DNA of 63,268 nucleotides, filler included, from Asterionella formosa (Eukaryota): NCBI GenBank assembly GCA_002256025.1. It is 9 parts of 9 records of this genome, joined end to end, with 100 filler letters (N's around TTAATTAATTAA, not from the genome) between each part and the next. Parts side by side here need not be neighbours in the genome. Positions count along the whole stretch, not along the records: positions 21,155 to 28,094 come from NKIB01012568.1; positions 28,195 to 35,135 come from NKIB01012569.1; positions 35,236 to 42,173 come from NKIB01012570.1; 6 more parts are not named here. One strand, 5' to 3'. How positions within the stretch are numbered: the stretch's first letter is position 1; the number at the start of each line of letters is the position of its first letter. The notes beneath the pieces were generated by a model that was not told the DNA's origin, made no database searches, and saw only the letters and a list, made by a program, of their open reading frames with translations. The translations under genes and the position numbers were made by a program. Shown piece after piece: positions 25,186 to 37,013 of this stretch.

Positions 25186-25349
25186 CTGTTTATGCAGTAT
25201 TTTAATTCATTCTCAGCATGGTCACATCTGTCATCAATGGTGGGAATGAAAATCACATCGGCTCAGTACCAGGTAGGAGTACTTTAGTCTACCGGAACTC
25301 CCCTGTGGATACCTGTACCGACATACCGGTACTGGTAGTACCAGGGGTA

Positions 25350-27319
25350 CCGTAAATCCCGTGCTTCTGTCTTCCACCACCTTCCGGTCGCCTCAGTGTA
25401 CATCTGGTGCTACACACCCAAATATTTTACATGTTCAGAAAATAGAACATATTATTTTTCTATTATAAGAAGCTCCCAGTATGTATCATATTATTTTGTT
25501 CGGCACCATCATGAAAATGACATCCCTTCGAGATGGAGAAATACTTGGCCTACGCGGTGTCACAAATGGGCAAAACTGTGTGCAACATCGATGCTGTGGA
25601 GCTCATGTTTGCATCAATGATACAGTGCGTTTCAAGCTGACAATGGTGGAGATTGGTGAGGTGAAGGAGCTGCAGATGGCGATGAAGGCTGTGGTTGTCC
25701 GAGATGGAACAGAGCTGTGTACAGTCGGGTTTTTGGGCAAGAACATTGCTGCTTTGGAGAAACACGATTTCGATATAAAGACAAGTTTGGTCAAATCATT
25801 GAGCTGTATGATGAAAGTGACAATCAAACAAAGAGGGCTAGGAGCAACCACAACCTGGGAATGGCTTCGTTTCGACTTTTTGATGACATCCAAATTCAAG
25901 AGTAAATGAATTCTAAATGGTGCTTCTTTGAAAAAGGTTCAAAAATCTTGATTGAACAAGGATATATTAAATACATATTAACTAGTAGTTGAACATTTTA
26001 AGACTTGAAACTGGTTGTATGACTTAATTTCTAGTCATCAACAAAACAAATAATATCTTTCCATTTGCAAGTCAGACATGTAGTTTGAAAACAATATATT
26101 TAACAAATAAAAGAGTTAATCACTAAATGTTATCCAAATAGACTACAACTAAAGTAAACCAGCTTTGTATCCAATGCTGGCCCAGGTATTTGTGATCGAA
26201 GACACAGTTACCTGGGCACATGCAGCCTCCACCCATTGGGCAACATTATGCCTCTTAACTTTTTCATTTTCTATGTTTTGAACCATAAAATTCTCCGATG
26301 CAGCCTGCACATAGCCTTTGAATGGCTTGTTGACGCCAACATCCAGTACTTGAAGCTGGGATGTGTATCCAGGGGTTATATAGTCGACCTCAGTGCCACA
26401 AGATTTAATGGCATCTACACAATTGCCAACTTTGTGGACCGAAAAGTCGTCCATTAGCAGGTAAGTTGGCTCTCCTAGTAGGAATCCCTGAGTCCAGGGC
26501 TTCCAAACCTGCTCAATCCAATTCAAGAAGACAATTTGGTCTACCCAAGCCCTGGCCTGGCAAGAGTATTTCACTGAAACCGGAAATTCTTTTGGTGGAT
26601 TGATGGCTAACTGCCTGCTTATCCGTCCATCACTGATTCCCTTGAACACAATGAATGGAGGCAGCTTTCCTCCACTTAGAGTGAAGTCTTCATTCCAATT
26701 GTCCTGGCTCCACGTTTCTCCAATGTCAATGATCCATACAAGTCAAAATTGATGTTTGTCTCATCAATATTGACAATGCACCTTCTTGGGTCCATACCAA
26801 AGGTCTGAATCTGTTGATTGGCATATGTTAAAAACTCAATCACTCTGGCTTGGTCGAGTCTTGTGATCTGAGCAACATGTGTCACTGGCCGAAGAACAAT
26901 ACCCTCTTTCCCCATCCTATTGATCTTTTAATGGAAGCCAGCAAAGATGATGAACTCCACAATAATCTCGCCTTGACATCATGTAGACTGAGGGTCGAGG
27001 GGTGATCATTCAAGTGCACAAATGCGCTCTGTATCTTCGAATTACAGCGCCGTAGAACGCCTGTACAGGGCCGTCCAGTCCCTCCTCTGTATTGTCCTCA
27101 ATAGGCTCTGACTGCTTTGGTTGAGGCCATCAGAGTCAATTTGAACACAATGATGTGCATGTGTAGTATGAGTAGCAGCCGTCACTGCAGTGTCATTGAG
27201 CCAACTGATTTTCGTGTACTAGCAAAAAATAATTGGTGGTTTATATGAAGGCTATGTAGGCTAGGGTTTCAGGGTTTATAAAAAGAGGGGGACGAAATAT
27301 CGAAATAGGGGGACGAAAT
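25350..27319 (-). mobile_element. pogo-like (Tc1/mariner, DDE_1) DNA transposon with a convergent accessory ORF; one end interrupted by a Copia LTR
   Basis: TA|CCGTAAATCC terminus at 25348-25360. The transposase is in pieces: IVNIDETNI (26676-26915), KLPPFIVFKG, AWVD...LLMDDFSVH...GYTSQLQVLDVGVNKPFK (26149-26649). GGGGGACGAAAT is repeated just before the LTR at 27320. Confidence 0.8.
25511..25905 (+). pseudogene. Small Cys/His accessory protein (~130 aa) with one frameshift near 25760
   Basis: Joining frames gives MKMTSLRDGEILGLRGVTNGQNCVQHRCCGAHV...VRF...MKAVVVRDGTELCTVGFL...YKDKFGQIIELYDESDNQTKRARSNHNLGMASFRL. Confidence 0.55.
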
Positions 27320-28094
27320 TGTTAATATCTGCATATGATGCTCCATACATGCGCCGTACGAACCATACCGGCGCAGCCACCAGATTAGGTACATGCGTGA
27401 GTGCTGACAACGATGTACTTGGAACAGCAATAGAATAGTCATAATATTGTAGTTCACCTTTATTCACGATAAGGTTCCCCTCAACAGAACTACAATATCT
27501 GTTCTTTCTCTCTTGTCCGCACCTGCGAAGTTGCGGGTCTTGTCGACAGTGCAAACCAGCACTGGTCTCAACAATCAACCGTCCAGCACCGCTTGCCCGT
27601 TCGCTGTCCCTGTCTCTCAGGCCTTCTTCCACCATGACGACTCCAATCGTTTCCGCTGTTTTCCCCTTCCCTCATCCGCTCCACACCACGTGATGCACCA
27701 CATGCCAGCCAACCCCACACCCAATCTTTGCTTGCCAACTGTGCTCTCTCCGCCCCTCCTCCAACCAGTGCTACTCCCCTGGCCACTAATTTTTGTTTCC
27801 ATGGCACCGCTATCAACCCTGACAATGGCAAAATTGCTGGCTATCGCGAATTATTGACTTGCAGCACTGCTCCCCTGTGGGCCACTGCCAACGGCTTAGA
27901 AATTGGCCGGTTATTTCAGGGTTTGGGACCCCATTCTGACATGCCAACGGGTACTAATTGCTGTTTCTTCATTCATAAGCATGAAATGCCCGCACACAAA
28001 CGCGCCACTTACATCCGCATTGTGTGTGCCGATCGCCCTGAAAAAACCATTCCCCAACGCGTTCGTTGGACTGCTGGGGGTGATCGTGTCATTT
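27320..28094 (+). mobile_element. CoDi-type Copia: 5' LTR (27320-27486) plus an internally deleted body reaching the RT N-terminus
   Basis: 167-bp TGTT...AACA LTR homologous to 34273-34448. The ORF reads AINPDNGKIAGYRELL...EIGRLFQG...GTNCCFFI...RATYIRIVCADRPEK...RVRWTAGGDRV, typical of diatom CoDi RT. Confidence 0.88.
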
Positions 28095-28194
28095 NNNNNN
28101 NNNNNNNNNNNNNNNNNNNNNNNNNNNNNNNNNNNNNNTTAATTAATTAANNNNNNNNNNNNNNNNNNNNNNNNNNNNNNNNNNNNNNNNNNNN

Positions 28195-30361
28195 CTATTG
28201 CTTGCTTATTACTCCGACTACCGGTACCGCTTTTCAGTTTCACGATCATACAATCCTAAAACTATGATAATTTACTATGGTGTTCTATTGCTTGCTTATT
28301 ACTCCGACTACCGGTACCGCTTTTCAGTTTTACGATCATACAATCCTAAAACTATGATGATTTACTATGGTGTTCTATTGCTTGCTTATTACTCCGACTA
28401 CTGCTTTTTAGTTTTACGATCATACAATCCTAAAACTACGATGATTTACTGTTCCACTGCAGTGTGCTATGGTAGCAACAGTTCTGAACATATAGTTTTC
28501 GATTTGTTTTTAGTTTTATGATCATACAATCCTAAAACTATGATAATTTACTGTTCCATTGTAATTGCAACAGTCATGAACATATGGTGTTTTTTACGAT
28601 CATACGATCCTAAAACTATGATGATTTACTGTCCCACTGCAGTAGCAACAGTCCTGAACATATGGTGTTCTGTTGCTAGTTTACTACTCCGACTACCCCC
28701 AGTATATCACTTACCACCTGTTACTGGTGCTCTCTGTATATATATGATATATTGTTATTGTCATATGATGTACCGGTACACATGAAGAGCTCCCAACCAA
28801 AAAAGGGGCTTAAACAATTTGCTACCAAAACCCTTGCGGCAATTGAACGGTCTAAATAATTAGTTTCAATGGACGTAGAAAATATCGATGCAAACAAATT
28901 TCAGAAACAATTCCGGTACACGTAGTCGTGGAAAACAATGGACATGTGGTGCATTGAGTATTTTCGAATTATGTATATGCGAGTATGATCATCCCAACCA
29001 TATCAGATGTTCCATATCGAGAGCGCCTTTGAATTTTATAAATGTATAACACTTAATATATATATATATATTTACAAATTTTATTACTATATACATGGCA
29101 TATATATTTTTGAAATCGTTCTGTCATGTTAACAAACAATGCCTGCTGCTTCATGAAAAGATACGTCGTAGTAAAGCACATGACAAGAAAAGAAAGTTTA
29201 TGCAATACATCACGAAAAACATTGTGACTTCGACACATTGCGCATTCGAAGGATGGAGAATGCTTAAGGTAATGAAGCCATCAATGTGGTACTTGGATGA
29301 CAATCGTTGGGAGGCAGGCAGCACAACAACAAATTGTTAACTAAACGCAGCCACATTTCCTTTTTTCTCAGTTGATTCAACAGCTCGTTTCGCTTGTTGG
29401 GGAGCACCAATGTAAATCAAAACCAAATTGCGTAAGTGCTCTTGTCGCTCGTTGGACCTATTCACTTCTGTTGGAACAAAACTGACAAAACGTTTACCTT
29501 CTCTCAAAGTTAAGCTGACAAAAATGAACCGGTAAGTTTTATTCGACAACATTGGATACCCGAGACTTACTTATTCAAGAATTTACTGACAATTTACCGT
29601 AATAGACTTATGCATCATTTGCATTGATTTGTGGTAAGTGAAGCAAGAGGATACGGTGGAATTGTGTGACGTTGTGTCAATGTAACATTACTAGCTAACA
29701 AATCATTCCTTCTCATTGTTACTGTTTCTGCATAGGACAATAAAACCAATCAAACAACGGAATAGTCGGTGAGTTCAGAGTGTCACTAATTGCAGGGAGA
29801 AATGCAAGACATTAATCACTGCATGGCGCAAGATTCAGAATAGAGGAAGGAAAGGGCAAGACAGGATCAATATACATTGAGCCGAGTAGAGAGAGAAATG
29901 TTGGGTTGCTGGCCTGTAGAATCATAGATAGCATTGCTAAATTTGTCAATTAAATTAAGATCCATTCCAATCCTTTTTTAACAATCCTTGTAATTAGAAA
30001 TATGATCATGTTTAAGATAGATATACGATGAAACAATTCAAATGATAGCATATAAATTAGCTGATTTTAGGATGCATTGTAGTTATAATTTACATCGGGC
30101 GATCACGAGAAGTGAAAATAATATGAGAAGGTTTATGATATTGACGAGAAATGTTGTTGATCAGTTTATTTACATTGTGTGATGATAATGCTCCTATTAT
30201 CATTATACTTCAAGGTCGGTAACATATTAATAAATCATCATAGATACAAGATACCTTGATCATATTTTTGATCCAAAAATTATCATATATATGAAAATCC
30301 TGTGCCACTTAGCATACGATACCCTTGATCCTATATGCATGATACTTTTTATTTACAGACG
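28195..30361 (-). mobile_element. Second copy of the Plavaka-like element end, inserted into a Copia gag; includes a ~80-90-bp tandem array (28195-28690)
   Basis: Inverted near-copy of 8908-10770. The array unit contains GATCATACAATCCTAAAACTATGAT. Gag coding sequence resumes right at 30362. Confidence 0.75.
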
Positions 30362-33300
30362 GTTGCAGCAAGGGCAATACTGCTGACAAGAAGGAGCTCA
30401 CTCCTGAGCAGAAAGAAAAGAGGAAAATGATCAAGTGTTTCAAGTACCAATGCATGGGACACTACGCAAGTGAGTGCACTAGTAACAGTGCATCTAAAAA
30501 TAATAAAAGCGAAGAGAACAACACGACTACATCTACCCACCAGCAAGGAATGTTCGTCGCCACGTGTGTCGAAATTAGTTACAACGAGGAAGTCAACCTC
30601 GCTCGTGATGTCAGAAATCGCTGGTTGTTAGACAGCAGTGCTACCATTCACATCTGCACAAACGTGCGCATGATGGAAGACAAGAAGCAAGTGAGTGAAA
30701 CGGTTGTGGTAGGGAATGGAACTTAGATAGTATCAACTGAATCTGGTTCCGTGACCATGACGACTACGGATGAAGGAAAACGCTTGAAACTCACCGATGT
30801 GCTTTATGAACCGGAGTCAAGCAGAACATCATCAGTTGACAAGGGTAATCAAGTGATCTTCGAGGACGATAGCATGACGATACGAAACAAGAGCGGCTTT
30901 CTGACCTGCAAAAGAGACAAAACTCGAAAACTTGGAGCAATGTATCATGTCGAAGGTAATCCGATCATCAAGCAAACGGTGATGGAAGTCGAGCCACTAC
31001 AAGAGAACACTACACAACAATCGATTGACAACTACAACGAAAACGATTGGACGAAAGTTGAAGCAAAGAAAACGAAGAAGGGAAAGAACAAATGGAATAA
31101 TCAAAATGGTGAGTTGGAAAATAATTATGTGATTGTCGATATTAATGAAGCGCATGCGATGCTTGGTCATGTGGGCGAGAAATGTTTGCACGATACGGCG
31201 AAATTATTTGGATGGAAGTTGAGCGGCATCATGACAGTGTGCGCAGGCTGTGCGGCACCGAAAGCGAAAGCACGAGCCGTCCCAAAAACAACGCAAGAAA
31301 AATCGACGGTACCTGGAGAGAGACTGTTTGTGGACGTCACCAGACCCTACGCGAAATCCGCTGTAGGTAATCAGTACTGGGTCATGGCAGTGGACGACTA
31401 CCGGTACACAAGAAAGCGCTGGAGCTATTTCATTAAAAAGAAGAGCGATATCGGAACAGTCATTGAAGTTTTACTATCAAGTTTAGCCGGAGCCGGTCAC
31501 AAGACAAAGTATGTCCGTTGCAATGATGCAGGCGAGAATACTAAACAATTGAGAAAGGTATATGAAAATCGCGGAATAAAAATGGAATTTACTGCCCCGC
31601 ACACTCCACAACACAATGGTGTAGTGGAACGCGGTTTTGTCATGGTGCAACAGAGGGCATTAGCAATGATGCTAAGTGCAAAACTAACAGATGAGTACCA
31701 AGGGCTATTATGGGCAGAGGCGATACATACAGCTACACGTTTAACAATTAGTACAGTTAACTCAGTAACTAAAAGAAGTCCCGACGACATGTTCTACGGC
31801 GAAATGAATCCAAGAAGGCCCTACAAGTTATACAAGCAATTTGGGCGTGTAGGCTGGGTTGCTGCAAGACACGGCATTAAGAAATTAGACACACATTCTT
31901 TCAAGTGTGTCTTTTTGGGTTATTCAGAGGACCACTCCCAAGATACATATCATATGTATAATCATGAGACTAACACTGTAATCAATACACGCGATATTAA
32001 GTGGATTGAGTGGCATGGAACAAATGCACCTACGGACGGACTAGAAAAAATCTACAAGGACAATGCCAAAGAGAAAGTTGCAGTTCAACCAGAAGCTGAA
32101 GTCAATAATGATGGATTATATGATGATTTCTACAATGAAGATTAACTACCAGAAGTTTCAGACAATGAGGAAGATAACGACAACAAGGATAAATCAACTA
32201 CAGACACTGGAACAACAAAATCTACTACAAGGAGTGAAGAAATCTCTGACCTAGAAAAGAGAAAGGCTGTGAAGCAACAAGCAAAGACTAAATACCCAAC
32301 TACGCTCCAAACTAAACAGGCAAAGTTGGAACGAGAATTGAAGAAGTTGGACTCATCATATAATCCAACTAAAAGTGTTAAGTTCACTCCAGACACCTCA
32401 TTACCAAATGTGATTGAGGAGGAAGCTTCTTCGAATGAGGAAACTGAAGTATATTTCGTATTCAATGCAAGTCTTGCATCGGACCCAGGTTTACCAAATA
32501 GTTATGATGAAGCGATGGCAAGACCTGACAGAGTTCTCAAGATTCGAAAACCTAAGGAATTACGGGTTATTGCATATGTTGATAGTGACTGGGCTGCTAA
32601 TAAAGTAAGCCGGAAAAGTACTACAGGTTTTCTGGTTACCATTGGTGGTGCATTGATCAGTTGGCAATCAAAGGGCCAGCCATCCGTTACGCTGTCAAGC
32701 ACAGAAGCAGAATACATTGCGATGTCGCAATGTGCTCAAGAGATCAAATTATTGCAATGGTACTGAACGAAGTGACAGGTGGTAAAAATATCCTACGAAG
32801 CATTTTACGTGAGGATAATACAGGTGCAATATTCACAGCGAAGAATCAACAACTCAGAACAAGAACAAAACACATTGATGTTAAGTTTCATCATGTCAAG
32901 AACATGATAGATAAGGGTGCGTTGCATATTGTTTTTCTAAGATCAGAAAACAATCCAGCAGACATTTTGACAAAGAATGTCAAAGAGCAGATTTTTACAA
33001 GGCTATCCGGACCTGTACTGAGCGGTACAGTTTTAGAACTTCTTGAACATGGTAACGAGGAGGATGTCAAGAATATAGCATCAATGGCTATAATGAGTCA
33101 CAAGGACTGTGGAATCGATTATAGTCCAATGAGTTAAATGGTGCATTCCCATGTCAAGAAGCTTGCTAACGAGATTGATGTCTTAGATCAATCAGAAGAA
33201 GGTTCACATCAACGAAAATGGAACACGAAGAACAGGTTTTCGAAGTGTAATGAATGGGATTGAAACTTAGTTTTAGTTTAAGCTTATAATTAAGAAGCAG

Positions 33301-34234
33301 TGAGAATTGACAGAGTAAGGTCAATAGCGAAAACTAGCACGAAGGCTAGCAGCAGAAAGAAGATAACAATACTAGTGGTATAGCAGGTAAGTTCTACGTA
33401 AGAGGAACCCGTCAGACGGGAAGGAGTACGAGACCTTTCAACACGCTTTAAAGCGTTCACTTTGAAGGCCACAGGCTACTCAGGAACCATGGGAAGTGAC
33501 AAAGACACGTCAGTGAGGTTGCCGACATTCGATGGGCAAGATGCTAAATGGCACATGTGGAAAGCGAAGTTTCTCGCATACGCGTGCTACAAGATGTTTA
33601 CATCAACGAAAAGGGAACACGAAGAACAGGTTCTCGAAGTGTGATGAATGGGATTGAAACTTAGTTTTAGTTTAATCTTATAATTAAGAAACAGTGAGAA
33701 TTGACAGAGTAAGGTCAATAGCGAAAACTAGCACGAAGGCTAGCAGCAGAAAGAAGATAACAATACTAGTGGTATAGCAGGTAAGTTCTACGTAAGAGGA
33801 ACCCGTCAGACGGGAAGGAGTACGAGACCTTTCAACACGCTTTAAAGCGTTCACTTTGAAGGCCACAGGCTACTCAGGAACCATGGGAAGTGACAAAGAC
33901 ACGTCAGTGAGGTTGCCGACATTCGATGGGCAAGATGCTAAATGGCACATGTGGAAAGCGAAGTTTCTCGCATACGCGTGCTACAAGATGTTTACATCAA
34001 CGAAAAGGGAACACGAAGAACAGGTTCTCGAAGTGTGATGAATGGGATTGAAACTTAGTTTTAGTTTAATCTTATAATTAAGAAACAGTGAGAATTGACA
34101 GAGTAAGGTCAATAGCGAAAGCTAGCACGAAGGCTAGCAGCAGAAAGAAGATAACAACACTAGCGGTATAACAGGTAAATCCTATGTACTAAGAGGAACC
34201 CGTCAGACGGGAAGGAGTACGAGACCTTTTAACA
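30362..34234 (+). mobile_element. Ty1/Copia element (sister of 21155-25185) with RT deleted and a tandem LTR-leader-gag tail
   Basis: Gag zinc-knuckle remnant CFKYQCMGHYASEC, protease WLLDSSAT, integrase, in-frame fusion YDEAMARPD|RVLKIRKPKE at ~32528, RNase H, PPT AACGAGGAGGA, LTR 33065-33443, then 394-bp repeats ending at an LTR end (34234). Confidence 0.92.
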
Positions 34235-34272
34235 TGAGAATGCAAAATAATAAATCATACTCCTCATGAATC

Positions 34273-35135
34273 TGTTGAGGGGAACCTTGTCGTGAATAAA
34301 GGTGAACTAGTACATTATTATGACTATTCTCTTGCTGTTTTGAGTACATCGTTGTTAGCACTCACGCATGTACCTACCGGTAATCTGGTGGCTGCGCTGG
34401 TATGGTTCGTACGGCGCATGTATGGAGCATCATATGCAGATATTAACACACCCTCACCAGCAGATTCAGGCAGAAGAACAGGAACCGGGGTGGAGATGAT
34501 AGCAGCATCGGAAGCCAAGCACGCATAATAGTTAGGAGGACTAGGGAGGGATGGAGGACAATGGAGATATTGCGGGCGCATCAACGTATGATGGGAAGCG
34601 GGATGATGTTTCTTAGTGAAATAATTGGCACGACTCAAACTACCTTTTTTCCAGTATACAAGAAATTGGCCTTGGCGAACACAATCGTGTACCCAGTAAT
34701 AACGCATATCCATAGCTTTGGAGCGTTTTTGTTGGGTGGTATCATTGGCGATGCCAATGGCAGCGCTGTTATCGGTGACAATATGGGTAGAAGGTTGGGG
34801 ATGACCAAGCTCAGCAAGAATGTTGCGAATATCATATGCCTCTTTGCCATTGTGGGACAAAGCAGCTAATTCGGCCTCAGCAGCACTTGATAAAACCTCC
34901 TTAAGAATTTGACAGTGTACATAAATAGCACCGTTAAGAGGAGGGATGGACGTAGTGAGGCAAGGCGGAGACAGGGGTTTACAGCTGAGAAAGTGAATGC
35001 CGGCAACACGGGAGCGACAACGTGTTTCAGATAGATAGGAGGCATCGCTTTCAACATGGAGGACCATGTCACTGGCAGTAAAGCGAAGTGTGCTGGCTTC
35101 AGGATGAGTGGCACAATATTTGAGAAGGTGAGTAA
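34273..35135 (-). mobile_element. CoDi-type Copia 3' end: RNase H, PPT (GAGGGTG) and 3' LTR (34273-34448)
   Basis: SDASYLSE..RSRVAG...SSAAEAELAAL...TDNSAAIGIAN...KRSKAMDMRYYWV. The LTR is homologous to 27320-27486. Confidence 0.9.
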
Positions 35136-35479
35136 NNNNNNNNNNNNNNNNNNNNNNNNNNNNNNNNNNNNNNNNNNNNTTAATTAATTAANNNNNNNNN
35201 NNNNNNNNNNNNNNNNNNNNNNNNNNNNNNNNNNNACTGTACTGAATGCACCGTAGTATTGTAAATGTAACAAGCTAATAGTTCTGAACCCCATGCGACT
35301 CAGTTTTGGATGCTCCTTTCATTTGTGGTGGAGCAGGTAGCTGCAAAAAAGGTAGTAGAAACTGAAATTTCTTGTTCAACTACAATAGTGATGAGGGAAA
35401 CCCTACTACTAAATCAAAATGTACAATATTATTATAATAATTGCGCTGATACCGGGACGAGTGGATTGTCGTGACAATA

Positions 35480-37013
35480 CTACTGTCCCAGCTCCAGGTC
35501 ATTGTTGTCACAAAACAGAATTGTTGGGCTTTGTAGCCTCACTGAATCCTCCTCCTCTCGCCAACTGGTATCGCAAAACTCTAATTCGTCTTCGTCATCT
35601 TCTTCAAAGGTCCCAATTATTTTCTGGATCCCAGAGGACGATCGTCGAAAGACTTGCGTCACAAACAATCCAGGTCGTGATGCTACATGCACTTCCGGCA
35701 CATTCCTTCGATTGGGTGAAGGTCCATCAGATAATGTACGTCGTAAGGTTGGTCTGAGATTCATTGGGTCTGATGAATTGGTCTCAAATGATGAACCGAG
35801 TGACTGGTGGTGTAGTTGTGACTCAATATCTGTGGAGTCGTCATCCACAAAACTTGAACCACTTTTTGACAAGTGTGAGTATACTCTGGATGAAATTCGT
35901 CGAGTAGCTGGAAAGCGGAACATTCCACCTGAGCCATTCTGTCGCACACCCTCAGACACGACCCTACGTAATTTGACGGGTCGTTTCAACTTCAATTCAT
36001 CAGTACTAGCAGTGGACGACAGGTCATCTTCTAAATCAAATGTTTGACTCAAATGCGAGTATATTCCCGACGAAACTCTCCGGAAGGCAATTTGCAAGCG
36101 AGTTGGTTCCATGATAGTTGTAGTAGTAGTTGTTCCATCCAAATCCCCTGCTATCCACGATGCTTGTCGTGTGACTATACGAATCAGGCCATCCATGACC
36201 ATGTAGCGGCCTCCTGATGGTTCTGGTGGCATACTGGTTGTGAGAGAATCCACATTGGCTTGTCGTTCTAAATCAATAATTTGGGCTCGACAGGAGGGAC
36301 AATCCTCATGCTTTGGATTTGTCAACCATTCCATGAGGCAGTCCGTATGAAAGACATGTCGACATACATTCGAACGGCTCCACGTGACAGTGTCGCCAAT
36401 ATGAAATGCATCCAAGCAAATGCTACAAGTAGAGGTGTTAGGGTCTGTGCTATGGACAGAGTGCTGGTCCTCTCCTGATACTGAAACGGATCCGTCCAGG
36501 TCGCCCAGTGTGAGGTTGGCTTTGTCGTCGCAGGAAATGACTCGCTAAGGCACACATGGCACAGTCGTTGCATTGCGTGAGCAATCGAAACGAAGCAACG
36601 TAACCTATCGTACAGCGTAGCATAGCATGACATGGCAGGGTCCCACTTACTTTGGTAATCAACCCTTGGTCCATCGCTCGCTTCCTCACTTGCGGGTCCT
36701 TGCGCAATTCCGCCAAACGTTCCTCGCGTTCTCTGGCTCGTTGGGCTATCCGGAAACTGGCATCGGGAATGCTGGGGCGACAGAGGAAGCAAAAGAGCAC
36801 GAAGAAGCACCAGGTGAGGAACTGAGCAGGTGCTGGGAGGGGAGTCGGAGTGCCGGTACTTGCTGGGCTGTCACTCAACGTCGAATTGTTGGTCATGTCG
36901 TAGAAGCTATTGTTGTTATTGTTGCTGGAAGAAACAGAAGCGTTGAGGTTGCTTGCAGCTGCCTTATTATTCGTCTGCAATAATTCAATGGAGAACCAAT
37001 CGTCTGATGACAT
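35480..37013 (-). CDS. Transmembrane RING-H2 (ATL-like) E3 ubiquitin ligase, ~475 aa, join(36651..37013,35480..36544)
   Basis: Exon 1 MSSDDWF...FLTWCFFVLFCFLC (TM)...GLITK; intron GTAAGT...CCTTAG at 36545-36650; exon 2 CSICLDAF...CRHVFHTDCLMEWL...CPSCR, then a long S/R-rich tail. Splicing restores the frame. Confidence 0.88.

Noticed and set aside
28195..28690. CRISPR-like array
   Set aside because: Whole units repeat with no unique spacers, no cas genes are present, and the context is a eukaryotic transposon.
8908..30361. Apparent 21-kb giant transposon with 1.85-kb terminal inverted repeats carrying cargo genes
   Set aside because: The two repeats are on different contigs separated by three artificial spacers. 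They are independent copies of one element end with unrelated flanks.
27320..34448. The two CoDi LTRs as ends of one element
   Set aside because: They are in opposite orientation, diverged, and on different contigs.
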